Positions 24,346 through 37,395 of a stretch of DNA of 64,000 nucleotides are shown here, piece by piece. The notes under the pieces were generated by a model that saw nothing but the letters and a program-made list of their open reading frames with translations, searched no databases and was not told the DNA's origin. Positions within the stretch are counted from its first letter, which is position 1. Every line of letters starts with the position of its first letter. This stretch comes from Camelus dromedarius. Lineage: Eukaryota. Location of the stretch: positions 35,094,001-35,158,000 of the forward strand of contig NC_087436.1 in NCBI RefSeq assembly GCF_036321535.1, written 5' to 3'. Both the position numbers and the translations under genes were made by a program.

Positions 24346-24829
24346 CTGAGCTGCATGTCCATCACAGCAATATAGTACCCAGTTCCATCACCCCCTTCCC
24401 TACCTTTCCTTAAACTACCTGACTCATGTCTACACTACATCAGCAGAGAATAATACAGCTTTGTCTGCCCATCCCCCAAACAAAAATTGGCATGAAAATG
24501 TAACTGTCAGTATTTCACCCAAAGGCACACTGAGACTTACCCACTCTGATATGACTGATGTAAGCACTAATTTTAATCTGGAAAAGGGGAAGGAGTTCTC
24601 AATATCCTTAAATCATATCACTTACAAATTTCACAGATCTCACCTTGGTTTTGGGGGAAATTTTATGGAATATACTAAATATCAAAGGCTGGGCCAGCCA
24701 TAATGAACTAATAACTCACAATTCACTAATTATGAATTAACTCATAATTTCATTAATTCATAATGAATTAATATTAATAGAAGTATAATTACTTGGAATA
24801 AAACTGCAACATAGTAGTAGGAGTGACAA

Positions 24830-25150
24830 CATTATTATCTATTTTTTTTGAATTCAGTATATCCTGCACATTTTCTAAGCCCATTATATACATAATTCAA
24901 ATTCTTACACAAATTCTTTTTTTTGTTTATAGTGTTTCTTGCTTAAGTGAATATAATTGAGTGTTCACAATCTTATTTAATGCTCACAATCTCTGCATGA
25001 CATCATGCCATTATTTCTATCTCTAATTTACTGATGAAGCCGCTGAGGTTTAGGAAGACTAAATAAATTGCCTAAGAATCACGTGGTTTATCAATGGTAG
25101 AAATAGGATTAAAATTTACACCAAATGATAAAGCCCAGTCTTTTTAACTT
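24830..25150. mobile_element. MIR SINE
   Basis: TTATTTAATGCTCACAATCTCTG...TTTACTGATGAAGCCGCTGAGGTTTAGG...TTGCCTAAGAATCAC. Confidence 0.7.
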
Positions 25151-25207
25151 TATCCCTTGCTGTCCCCATCAGTCATAAACAGGGTCTTCAGTAGTGTTCC
25201 AATGGTC

Positions 25208-25356
25208 AAAAGAAAAAAGGAAGGAAGGAAGAAGATAGGGACAGGGAGGGAAAGAAAGAGAAAGGAGTGGGGAGGAGAGAGAGAGAAAGGAGAAAAAAAT
25301 GGAAGGAACGAACGAATGAAGGAAGGAAGGAAGGAGGGAGGGAGGGAGGGAAGGAA
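25208..25356 (+). repeat. Purine-rich low-complexity (GGAA/GGGA)n tract
   Basis: About 150 bp composed almost entirely of A and G. Confidence 0.9.
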
Positions 25357-25824
25357 GTTTTTGTATGCAGTGTTTAAGGGTACCTCAAAAAATGTTGCTA
25401 CATTTCAGTATTCTTCATGTTACTGTCTGCTATCTCATTTTTACAAATAATTTGGAGCATGTGTGATATTGTGTTCAGTAGAGGTGAATTCTGGCTAAGC
25501 TTCATTTAAATAAAGACAAGTTCTATATTGTATACCTGGGTTCAACACTGACTCATTGAGTTTAACTGGTAATTGGATAAAGTCATTCTGATTTTGGAGT
25601 CTTAAATTTGACTTCAGTAAAATGAGAAAGGTATATAATTTCTTAGGTCACTTCACATTTAAAAGGTACAATCTAATTCAAACTCTATATGGATTCATGT
25701 TTCTCCTTTAGTGGACAGATACATCATAGAATTGAGGTCAACTGATGGGGAAAATTCTGTGTCTCTTGGTATTTGCAAGGAGTCACAGTACCTATGGATT
25801 CCATCTTCCCAATACAGGATGTAG

Positions 25825-25843
25825 TGACCAGCAGATGGCAGCA
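25825..25843 (+). promoter_or_regulatory. CTCF-binding motif
   Basis: TGACCAGCAGATGGCAGCA; core CCAGCAGATGGCAG fits CCASYAGRKGGCRS at all 14 positions, in apparently unique DNA. Confidence 0.7.
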
Positions 25844-26369
25844 GAATTCTAGCAAAGAAAATAAAATTTCAGTACAAACTGCAGACAGCTTCCACATAAT
25901 TACTATTGCATAGATTCCTTAATTTGACTAGTTTTTATTTTAAAAATTAATATATATATTCATCTTCACTGAACAATTAGAAATTAGCTATAATCATTAC
26001 AAATATTTTGGTGTAGCATTTTTCAAAACAATTAACTAAAAATAGAAATTAAAACAATATATATCCAGCTTGCTGTAGAAGAACTCAGTAAGGACTGAGT
26101 TTCTGTCTAAAGAAATCAAATAATTTCAATGAGAATAATAAAATTGGTTGTTTTCATCAAATAAGTAAATGAGACTTTCCATATTATTAAAATAATTATA
26201 TAAATACCTACAGTTTAAAATTCAGAGTAAACATGCCTTCTGCCAGGAATTAAAAATTCTTTTTCCTTTCATTTTTTTACCATCTGTGAAGAATCAGAAA
26301 TGAGGGAACAAAAAAGGAAAGCCATTTTGGGGCTACATCCAGAGGAATTATTGACTCTATATAAGTGTT

Positions 26370-27060
26370 GCATGTGAGAATGTGTATAGTGGCATTTCAT
26401 TGTACTTTTAGTCACTCCTTGATTAATGATATTAAGCTTCTTTTCATTTTGGCTATTTGTTTGGCTTCTTTTGTGAAGTTCCTGTTCAAATAACTTACCT
26501 TCTTTAAAAAATTTTGGGCTATTTACCTTTTAAATCAACTGTAAGAGTTCTTTATATATCTTTATACATAGTCATATGTAAGTAGTATGATTTTTAAAAT
26601 ATATTCTTGATACAAGTTCTTTTCCTCTGATGGTATGAATTCTCATTTTCTTAACAGTATCTTTAAAAGAAGAGAAATTATTCATTTTGATGAAGTACAA
26701 TTTACAAAGTTTTTCTTACATATTTAGTAATCTGATCTAAATTTTTGCTTATTCCATTGTCATGAATATTTTCTCCTATGTTTTCTTCTTGAAGTTTTAG
26801 TGTTTTAATTATTACACCTAGAAATGTGACCTACTTTGAACTAATTTTCGTGTAGGCTGTGAAGTGAGAGTTGAAGTATACTTTTTTCCATATGGATACT
26901 CAATTGTTCTGGAACCATTTGTTAAAAAGAGTATCCTTTCTCTTTCAATTGTCTTGGCATCTTTTGGAAAAAACTCAATAGACTCTATGTGTTGGTCTAT
27001 TTCTGCACTATTTTTTCCCAATAATCTTTATTTTTATCCTTTGTTCTATCAACTGAGTCT
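26370..27060 (-). mobile_element. L1M LINE-1 ORF2 fragment (antisense)
   Basis: CCATATGGATACTCAATTGTTCTGGAACCATTTGTTAAAAAGAGTATCCTTTC; the ORF at 26818-27021 is an L1 ORF2-like peptide. Confidence 0.85.
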
Positions 27061-28064
27061 TTATATTTAAAATATGGTTCCTTTGAGTGAAATTACTGAG
27101 CAGAGTTTGAATAACCACCCTTCTGTTTCTTAGCATGTGTGGATAGTTGTTTCTTCCAGTAATCCTTCTGTTTGTAACATCCACCTATGTCTCTCCACTG
27201 GCTCTCAATTCTAAGAGATCAGAGGAATTTTGCTCTTATTTTTATTGTGAGTCAGTAGTTTTTTTAGAAGGCCCATAATTGGTTTTAATTTTGGCTCACT
27301 TTCCGAGGCTCATTGAAAAAATGTCCAAATTTTGGAGAGCATCTAGCAATTTTCTTTAACAATTTTAGGCATAAGCCTCGTTATAAAAGACAGAAAGGGC
27401 CCCATTCATTTTGTCTCTTGTACCTAACACAGAATATTATTTGAAAACTTACAGTCTAATTTTTAACTCTCTTATTGATTTAGCTCTATTTTGTTTACAA
27501 TTTTGGATCTTTGTTCAATCTACTGTAAGAGAAAGGATCCTGAACTGGACATATAAAGTGTATTTCATATTTTTTTCATGACCTTTCAGGGATACTTTAA
27601 AAATCATGTACAACTGAGTTACTTAGATTTACTCTTTAGCTGACTTTCAAGCCCTGCCTAAATTCATAACCTGTACTATTATTCTTCTAGTTCCTGGAAT
27701 GAGATATCTATGCATTTTTTTCCCATTCTGGAATACCATCTTCCTCACTTCTCTCATGACTCTCTCTTTTTCATCCTGAAGGTTACATATTAAAAATCCC
27801 CCCCACTGGTTATCTAAGTTAATTTTCCCTTCATATTATTGCTTATTTCTTTTATTTCTTCCTATTTTTTTCAATTTTCTCTTCCATATTGTTACCTGGC
27901 GTTAGGCTGAACACAGTGTAGATACTTAACTTACTGAATAAATGAAGAGGACTAGACCTATATACTACACATTCGAGACATATTAATACTCACAAATTAG
28001 CCTAGGTGGCCTTTAACTGAGGTGATTAGAAAAATGAGAGAGGGAGGCAGGAAGACAATTCAAC

Positions 28065-28089
28065 TTTTTTTTTTTTTTTTTTTTTTTTT
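28065..28089. repeat. T25 homopolymer
   Basis: Read directly. Confidence 0.95.
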
Positions 28090-29301
28090 AAATAGGATTA
28101 GACTAGAGAGTAAGAAATCAAGAAGGAACCCGGGGAGGAATGTTGCTAGACTGGTATTGTCTATCTTCAATCTATCTTCAGTATTAGTTTAGTTTTTTTA
28201 ATCATTTATTTTTCCTGGTCAAAATTTATTATCCATTCTTAGTTCTAGAACAGTTTTAATTTTTCAACATATATATAAACTTTTCCTATCTGATCCTGTC
28301 CTCTCCCTGCGCACACCTCTCTCCATTCCCTCTTGTTATTCAAACGGAATCAGGCTGCGCAGAGTACTCTGGACTCAATAGATGTGGTCGTTCACTTCTC
28401 AGTACTTTTTCAACTTGTCTTGAAACTCCTTTAATGCTTGTCCAGCTGCTAAACGATTTGTTCTTTAAATCACTCCTATATTACTCCCTTGCTGATAAAC
28501 CCACTCCTATGCTAATGGCATTTTATACATATCTTCACTGTAGTATAGTTGTTTATTTCTATACATCCTTCTGCTGAAACTCTCAATTTAGTCAATTTGC
28601 CTATATATACATTTTAATATATCTCAATTTCAGCTCTGGCTACAATAATCTGGGGCTTTATAGACATGCAATAAATAATTTTAAATGAATGAATTGAAAT
28701 AATTTATAATTATATATTTATTTTGTTCTGATGGACTTATTTTTGATTGATTTTAAGCTTCTAAAGGTTAAGGACTGACAAATAACCTTGAATTAAAATA
28801 ACACACATTTAGAAAATGAGCTGATGAGCTGTTTTCATTGTATGTACTATGTATCTACCTTTCTATGTCTAGAAATTGAATGGTTTCAATCTTTTAAGTA
28901 TTTATCTATAATTATGTCTCATGTACAGATGTCTGTGACTGTATTTGGTTATATACTAAATGTAGTTATATAGCTATATATAGATTTAGGACTTAATAGT
29001 TGAAAGTCCAGATTAAATTCCACCTATAGATTCAGACAGGTGCTATGGACCCTCTCACTAGACATTTGCACCTGCTCTTCTCACTTTTTGAGAAGCTTCT
29101 TCATCTCTAAGTTTGCTTAGTAAAAGCTTTCTTCTCTTTCAGTTGAGAATTCAAGCTTAGGAAAAAAAAAACTTCCCTGACTAGTCAACTCCTTTTATCT
29201 CAAAGCACTTTGAACCTCTTTTCCATTATGCTTGTACCAGTCATACTTTTACATGTCTATGTGCTTATGTGATTAACATCTCACCCAAACGACATAATCA
29301 C

Positions 29302-29764
29302 TGTAGTGTCTTTGTACTCGGGGACACTAACTAAGCTGGAAACATATTTCCCAGAATCACCTTCCCTGAGTGTGTCTAGATTAAAGTGGCCACCAGAAAA
29401 ATTTGTGTAAGATATATAATACAGAAGTAAAGAAGTAATTTTCTCTCTGGAAATCAGTATAGGAGCAAGCACGGTTGTAGCTGTTCCTACTCGAGTTGTT
29501 GCTGATCTGTTGGCTCATCTTCTTAATATGAGGTAGCAGCCAGGCCTTCAACTTTTCAAGTCCTGAGCCAGGTACTTGTGCATCTCCATGGCCAATAGTA
29601 CCAACATCTTCCTCAGGTCAACATGTAACCCAGTTTACAGGCAGTGAGAAACAGATAAGGGTGGGAGTTTGTTAAGGAGTCCACGCATGATTGAATCTCT
29701 AAACTGAGTCCCTTACTCTATATCGCTCTTAGTGGTTCTGCTCCTTTGATGGAAACCTGATGCA
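29302..29764 (+). mobile_element. LTR41-like ERVL solo LTR inserted in an L2 3' end
   Basis: GGAAACATATTTCCCAGAATCACCTTCCCTG...; ends CCTTACTCTATATCGCTCTTAGTGGTTCTGCTCCTTTGATGGAAACCTGATGCA; L2-like text on both flanks (about 29050-29300 and 29765-29870). Confidence 0.65.
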
Positions 29765-31119
29765 CTTGTTCAAGACAGGGATCCTTTCCCATTTTAATCA
29801 CTGGTGATCTTCCACCAGTGAATTTGCATAGTTTCCTCAATATTCAATAAGTATTTTTGCGGGAATAAACAAATCTATACCCATTCATTCCTAGTATTCT
29901 TAATAGGCACTGAGTAAATACTGCCATAATTCAATTTAAATGGCTTTATTTCAATCAAGATTATCTCGTGCTCCTGAAGCTTGATTATTCAAAGCCAATG
30001 GAACAGGGTTAGAAGGGTTATTGGAGACAAGGGATGGTGCAGCCACAAGATCAATGTCTCCTTTCTCCTTGATTCAATTGCCTCAATTTCCATCTGCCTC
30101 TAATGACAGTGAAATTTTAGTTATCCTCTTAAAATTGATTTATGTTTAAATGTAAATTGACTATACTACAGAATGACTGTGTATGATAGAATTGGGCATG
30201 CTCTTAAACAAGTTAAATTTGTTCATGAAATGCAACTTTGAAAAATGAGATGTGTATTTTAATGAATGACAGAGCTGAGGATGAACTTTATACTGAATCT
30301 GTAATGTGGATCTATGGGATTTTTCTTTTGGAGAAATATGGGAAGAACTTGAGGAGTTATTTTCTTTGAAAGTAATGCCATGGTGAATATTATTATTATT
30401 ATCACCACAAACAGTTAAATCAAATTAGAAATGAGAAATAAACTTTACCCATTGTATTCCTAATTTAATTTAAAACATTGAAACTGGAAACATAGTTTTA
30501 AACACATAAATTCAGGTACCAAGTGGAGTGTCTAACCATTCAGTGCCTTTGGCTGATGCAGGGATGCATGTTAGTATCAGAAAGAAAAAAAATAGCAAAT
30601 ATTTGCCAAGTTCAACAATCCTTTCCAGGAATATATGAAATGAGTATTCTACAGGGTTTCTTTCTATGAATATAAATTCCCCCTCAATAAATATATTTAA
30701 TAAATTACCTTTTAAAATGAATAGCTAACCAATTAGCCAGTTATCCAGAACATTTTTGCTCATCACCTCCACAGCTCTATTGAGGAGAATATGATAGAAA
30801 GCCAGATCTGGTAGTATTTTGAACTTTCTTCCTACATTAACTTTTTCCTAAATAAAAAGGAAGGGCTTCTCATTAAACAACCTAGGATGGACAGAGATAC
30901 AGAGATAAAAATAATGATTCATATAACCCTTTATATTTTGGAGGATATTAAATATTCTCGATTTTGAGGATATTGAAGGCTAAGATAGCAACAATGAATT
31001 GTTATTATAGTGACTGCAATTTTAATGAAATATGTCTGATACTCAATCTTAAGTGAAAACCTCAAAGATCTCATTTAAATAGATTGACTTATTAATTGAT
31101 ACTTCAAAAGTGGTCAAGA

Positions 31120-32088
31120 GAAAAGAAGATATACAGATGGGAAATAAGCATATGAAAGGAAGTTCAACATCATATAGCATCAAGGAACTGCAAATTAAAA
31201 TGAGATACCACTATACACCTATTAGAACGGTCAAAGTTTAAAACACTGACAAAACCAAATGCTGGTGAGAATGTGGAGCAACAGAAAGTCTTACTCTTTG
31301 CTGGTGGGAATATAAAATGGTACAATCACTTTGGAAGATAGTTTGGAAGTTTTTAGCAAAACTAAACATACTCTTATCACATGATCTAGCAATCATGCAC
31401 CTCAGTATTCACTCAAATGAATTAGAAACTTACGTCCATACAAAAACCTGCACAGGGATATTTATAGCAGCTTTCTATATGACTGACAAATCTTGGAAAC
31501 AACCAAGATGCCCTTCAAACAATAAAAGGATAAATAAACTGTGGTACATCCACACAATGGAATATTATTCAGCACTAAAGAGAAATAAGCCATCAAGCCA
31601 TGAAAAGACCTGGAGGAAACTTAAATGCGTATTACTAAGTGAAAGAAGTCAATCTGAAAAGGGTACATACTGCATAACTGCAACTCTTTGACAGCCTATA
31701 AAATGCAATATACAGAGACATTTAAAAGCTCACTGGTTACCAAAGGTTAGGGACGAGGAAGGGGTGAATAGGCGGAATACAGAGGAGTTTTAAGGCAGTG
31801 AATCTATTCTGTACGTTACTGCAGTGGTGGAAACCTGTCATTATACATTTGTTAACACTCATAGGAGGTACAACACCAAGAATGGCCTCTAATAAAAACT
31901 ATGGGCTTTGGGTGATAATAATTTGTCCATGTATGTTAAATTGTAACAAATATATTATTCTGGTGTGGGAGCTCTATAGTGGGGGAAGTTAAGTGTGGGA
32001 AGGGATGTGAGTATGTTTGAATTCTGTACTTCTCAGTTTTGCTGTGAACCTAAAACTGTTCTAAAAAATGAAGCTTATTAATTTTTTA
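31120..32088 (+). mobile_element. 5'-truncated L1MC1/2-like LINE-1 with 14-bp target-site duplication
   Basis: ORF2 C-terminal remnant (ORF 31317-31691, ...KQPRCPS...KLWYIHTMEYYSALKRN), L1MC UTR ending TGCTGTGAACCTAAAACTG, flanking AAAAG(TG/CA)GTCAAGA. Confidence 0.9.
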
Positions 32089-32642
32089 AAAAGCAGTCAA
32101 GATTTGACAAGACAATCAAACTAGTTTGTAAATTTATCCTGCTGTACTCAACAGGTCGATATATTTCATTGAGGAACAATCATGATTAGATTCATAAATT
32201 ACTGAGATGATGAAAACTTCATTATGGGTATACAAATTTCTACTTGAAGAAATATCGAATTGTAGCAAATAAGTCATGGTTCAAAAGTCTTAACATATAA
32301 ACCCAAATATTGTGCTTTATTATTTGAATATGAAGGATAATTTCCAAATATTTTTTTCCTAAATTTAAGTTAACTTGTAACTAAAATCTAGCCAAATGTT
32401 CTCTTTTAGAGTTTTATTTCATTCTTGGTGTTTAGTTCTTCTGGAGTTCCTCTGAAGTCTTCTCAGGCCTTCAGACATGAGAGAATGACCCAACCTGGAG
32501 TGAGAACAAAGTTTCTGACAGGAGAAGATACTTAGCAAATGGAATTGCCTCCATTCCATTACTCTTGTAGTCATATTGCACAGAAGTGAAGTGAAAGATT
32601 CCCTTTCATTCCTTGTTACTCCTGCCCTCCTCTCACCAGCCA

Positions 32643-32678
32643 TCTCTCTCTCTCTCACACACACACACACGCACACAC
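32643..32678. repeat. Compound (TC)n(AC)n microsatellite
   Basis: Read directly. Confidence 0.9.
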
Positions 32679-33499
32679 AAACTACGTGGCATTTTCTCTT
32701 TACTTTTCTGAAAGTTGCCCTCTATTAACCTGGCTTCTTGACGGTGCTCTCTCTTCACTGTCCCTCTCCTACCTGTCTCACTGTTTCTTTACTTATCTCT
32801 TTGTGAGATTTCTCTCAATCTGCTCCTTATAAAGGTTGTTGCTCCCAGTGATTCTCTCACCAGGTGTTAAGTGTGCCAGAATTTTATTTTGTTTACTCAT
32901 GTATTTTGAGATATATGAAGATAATATATGTCTGTATCTTCAATCAAATTTAGTAGAAATTTCAAAGGCTGCAAGTCAGCTTAATGGATAAATGTTTCGT
33001 TTCATGAAATATGCCAGAAAGCCCCTTTGGTTACAGAAAATACAGTAAAAATGTACTCATTGTTTTGAGGAGATCTCGGATTTTTAAGTAGTCCAAATGC
33101 TCATATTTCAGTGCTCAATATTAAATAGCTTTAGAATAAAATAAATGTGTGTTGGGGTATGTGTTGATAAACCTGAGATTTTTTTTCCATTTGTGAAGGT
33201 TGACCAGCCCTTTCTTTTCCATGGGGAAGACTACTTAGGGCTTCTGAAATGGAGCTGAGCGTTGGCAGAGCAAACTGGGCCAGAAAGATAGCTTCCTGGA
33301 GCAGCTGAATAAGAAAGCAGCTCAAGTGACATCGGAGCCTGGAGTATGGACAACTGGCTGAAAGGTAACCAGTGGCCTTGAGAACCTGAGAAAATATGCG
33401 GAGCATGGCAACACTCACTGGGGATTCTAGAAATAATAAGGGAACAATGGAGGGGTGCTGAGGTGCTACTGTGTTAGAGTTAGAGAATTAGATTTGAGG

Positions 33500-34170
33500 A
33501 TAGAGTTCCATCCTTGACTCTCTACTCTTCATGTATTTTGTGTCCTTCTTGGATGATCTTATCTAGTCTTGTAATAAAGGTACTAAATATGTGTCCACAG
33601 AGATCGTTCTCCTTTGACTTCAGACTGACATATTTAACTTCCTGCTATTCTTGAGTATTCCATAGGCACCCAGATACTCAAGGCCAGAAACACAGAGGTC
33701 ATTCTAAACTTCTCCTTCCCTTCACCACATCCTACATCTGATCAATCATTAAATGCTATTATTTTACATATTAAATGTTTCTCAATCCTGTAATTTCCAT
33801 AAAAACCATCCCAACTCTCATTGCACTAATTCAGGTAATGAATACGTCTTTGTGCCGCAAAGAGTCTCCTGCCTAGGATGTGCTATTTATGCTCTCTTTA
33901 AATCCATAATCTACACATAACTGGAGACACCTGCTAAAGTATAGATCTGACTGTGTACTCTCTGCTTTAATGGTTCTGCATTATTTAGACAATACAGTTC
34001 AGATGGCTTTACATAATATATGAGGCCTTCTATTATCTGGTCCCTGCCTAGTTCTCCAGTTTCATCTTCTACCTTCCCTATCCTATATAGCTGGCTACAA
34101 GGTAACACTGCACTGCTTTTAGTTTTCTCACACACCATTGCATTTCAGCTTTCTCTGCCCTTCCATGGGT
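33500..34170 (+). mobile_element. L2 LINE fragment
   Basis: GATGATCTTATCTAGTC...GTCATTCTAAACTTCTCCTTCCCTTCACC...AGATCTGACTGTGTACTCTCTGCTTTAATGG. Confidence 0.7.
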
Positions 34171-34829
34171 GTCCCTTTTCTTTTGCAATAGGTTAGATTA
34201 TGTAGGTAAGGGTATGAGGCTCACCATTTCCTCAAATGTACAATGGATTTTGAAGCTTGACTACTGCCAAGTTGAGTCAAGCAGTAAATTTGCTTTCATT
34301 GACTTACTTCTGTTTATTTACATGGGCTTGAAAAGCTCTGTGAAGAAACCTCAAGCAAGGGAGTCTACTTCAGAGATGCCCTGTCTTCAGCAGAGTTTTG
34401 TGGGCAATGAGAGTTCTCACCAAGAGGTGGGACTGAGGGTGGACCCCATCCAAATGTAGCACCCCACCAAAGCCCCATCAATGCAGCTTAGCAAAAATAG
34501 AGGGTATTAGGCCAGTAGAGGTGAAACCCTAGGCCTATGGGAGTAAATGGTACTGAAAGGAAGCTTTTCCTCTCTCCCTATGTCAGAACCATTTTTACCT
34601 CATAGAAACAAAAGTGATCTACACTGGACCAGAGGAATGAGCAAGAACTTATTACAGCCAAGAAACATTGCTGATTCCACCACCAGTGAGTCTTTGTGCT
34701 TGGCATGAGATGAACAAGCAAGGCTGTCAAGAGGGCTAATGTCCGCAAAGTTGGTTTTAGGGACTGCTAGTTTAATACCAGCTGTCCCATCACGTTCTGA
34801 ACCAGAAGTTCATCAGTCACTATTTTCTT

Positions 34830-36240
34830 TCCACCTCTGATACTTACTTACTTTACAAACCTATTTTTACCAATTTGTTTGCTTATGTTTCTTCTTATAT
34901 TCTATTTCTTCCTTCCAAGTTCTAATTCATTCTTGCTGAAATACACACTTTAGTATTTTTTTATCATATGACCATGAGTGGAGAAAAATTCATTCTTTTT
35001 TGAATGCCTGGAAACAATTATTTACTATCTTTATGAGGTATCTAAGTGTAGTAATTTGAATTTTTTAATCTTGTTCAGATCTCAGTTTGTTTTTTTTTTT
35101 AATCTAAGGATGCATGAATTCCTTTTGACATGTATCATGGGCCATTATTTCCTCAAATACTGCCTCTTCTTTCCCATGTCTCTCTTTTTGGAATGTGTAT
35201 TGGTCAAAACATTTTTGTTCTCTATTTAATCTAACTTCTCTTTCTTATTTTCCTTCCATATAAGCTATATTTTGAGACAGCTCTTCAGACCTACCTTCCA
35301 ATTCTCTCTTCTGTTGTACTTTAATGTTTCCTGTATTTAATGACCATATTTTCCATTTTTGTACATTTGTTTTTAATCCTTTTGCAAACTCACCTGCTAT
35401 TTTTCCATAATGTCCATCTTTTACCTTATGAACTCTATGCATTCACTTATTGTTATGAAAATTTGTAGGTATTTACTTTCAGAGTCCCTATTATCTATAT
35501 TATTCCATGTGTGAATTCTGCCATTTTGTATCTACCGTCCTCTTGATCGTACATTTTTACTAAACTCATCTTCAGAGTTTACAGTGGGATTTACAGGTTC
35601 TCTGGAATAGGGAGGTATTTCTATAATTGATGATTTTACAATTGCCTCTTTCAAGACCCAACATGTTTCACTTTGGGAAGGTGGGGTTTTTACGGTAATT
35701 GATGTTAATTACTTAGCTGAGGTTGCTGCGTGGCATGACGAGTCTTGGCTATAATTTCAGTTTCTCCCTGGGTGAGCAATTCTTTCTCCAGCCATTCCCT
35801 GAGTAAAAGGTAAGCTCTGTTCCTGTTTCTTATAGCATCTTGGCACTATGGGGTGAAGATTTTCTGACTCCTCTGTCATGGAAAATAGGCACTGGGGTTA
35901 GCTCCTGGTTATAGATTGGGCAAAAGCATTATCTCTTGGCTACATGTGCACACTGAATTCTAAATCAGGACTATTATCTTCCACAGTTCAAGAGCCAGAA
36001 TTTACATTTGTGAACATTAGTGCATGACTGAAGCACTCACTGCTCAAGACTATACTTTGTATATCTGATTTCAGTACATTGTGGGATATTTGGCTTTAAG
36101 TAATTCTCATTGTTTAGCTTTTACTTTCCCTTTTGTGTCTGCAATCTAGGAATTTGACATTATTAATTTCTAGCTCAATACTGTCTTTAAATTTGGTTAC
36201 ATGTTATCTGACTTTCTTCTACATTTAGAGAATGAAGATA
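34830..36240 (-). mobile_element. Very old L1ME/HAL1-like fragment (antisense)
   Basis: T-rich text resembling an antisense L1 ORF1 region (GGCCATTATTTCCTCAAATACTGCC, CTTCAGACCTACCTTCCAATTC). Confidence 0.5.
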
Positions 36241-37254
36241 GATCTCCCTAATCTTGTGACAGTCTGCTGGATTGTGTTGCAGGACACATTTTAAATGACA
36301 AAACAAAGTAATTTTCTACCATTTAATTAGTCTGTGATTTTCTTCTTTGACATGTAAAATAAAGTACTCAGGTTTCCATCTTGAATATTAAACAGTGTTA
36401 CTTGTTCTGCATTTGTTTGTTCTATAAGTAGAATTCAGAATGAATTTTATTTTGGGATTAAGGGGCAAGGGTATACATGCTGTATTATACCTACTTAGCA
36501 AAATGATATTTTCTACTAGCTCATAGATTGGCTAAAAATGTCCAGTCTCCTCTATGAGCAAAATGTTTTTATCCCCTCTATATCTAATCAATGTGGAATG
36601 TGTAAGGAATTATAACCCTGAAGCAACCTGAAGGTTCATCTGCATTTCAGACTTAAAAAATATTAGCTTTGGCTACAGCTGCAGATAAGTAACTAGAATA
36701 AGCAAGAGTTTAAAAAATAGCAATAGATTTAGGTATATAAAACCTTATTACTATAAAAGCCTCCTTCTGAAATAAAAGAATTTATCAGTTATATATTCAA
36801 CCCAAGAAGATTTTCTTAGGTTTCTTCAACTGCAATTTTAATTGTACTTAGCATATAATTTACCCAAGTAAAATGTAAGCACACATGTTATTTAAATTAT
36901 TTGTTATTTAAACATTACCCATTAATGTTTAAAATCCTCCATCACTTTCTGAAAAAGTATTTTCTTTTGAAAATGGTACAAGCTTATATTTATTAATTCT
37001 ATTAAATATAATATAAAAGTTCTATTTTTAATCATGATCACTAACATTCATGATTATATAATATCTAAGAGAGAATATATTGTATCCTTTAATATATTAG
37101 TTCTAAATTTATTATTTCCTACCCCATTCCAAATAATAGTAAATGGGAACATTTACTTTTCTCAAAGTACTCTGACATATTTTTGTGATTGTCACAAAAC
37201 TTCGAGTATGTTTCCTGAGATTGTCAAGAAACCCGTTCTTCTCAATTTTGTGAA

Positions 37255-37395
37255 TTCATGAGGACACAAAGTACTTGGAAACAGCATCAAGTTTCTTGCT
37301 CAAGATCACAGTGCTAGCATAGTGCAAAGTCAAGACCCTAATGCAGGTCTTCGGTCTCCAAAGCCCACTCTCTTCACACTCATGTGGGATGCCTC
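37255..37395. mobile_element. MIR SINE fragment
   Basis: ATGAGGACACAAAG...CTTGCTCAAGATCACAG...CAGGTCTTCGGTCTCCAAAGCCC. Confidence 0.55.

Noticed and set aside
25157..25450. Lys/Arg/Glu-rich 97-aa ORF
   Set aside because: Translation of a purine low-complexity tract.
31317..31691. 124-aa ORF
   Set aside because: It is the decayed C-terminus of L1 ORF2 inside a 5'-truncated L1MC, not a host gene.
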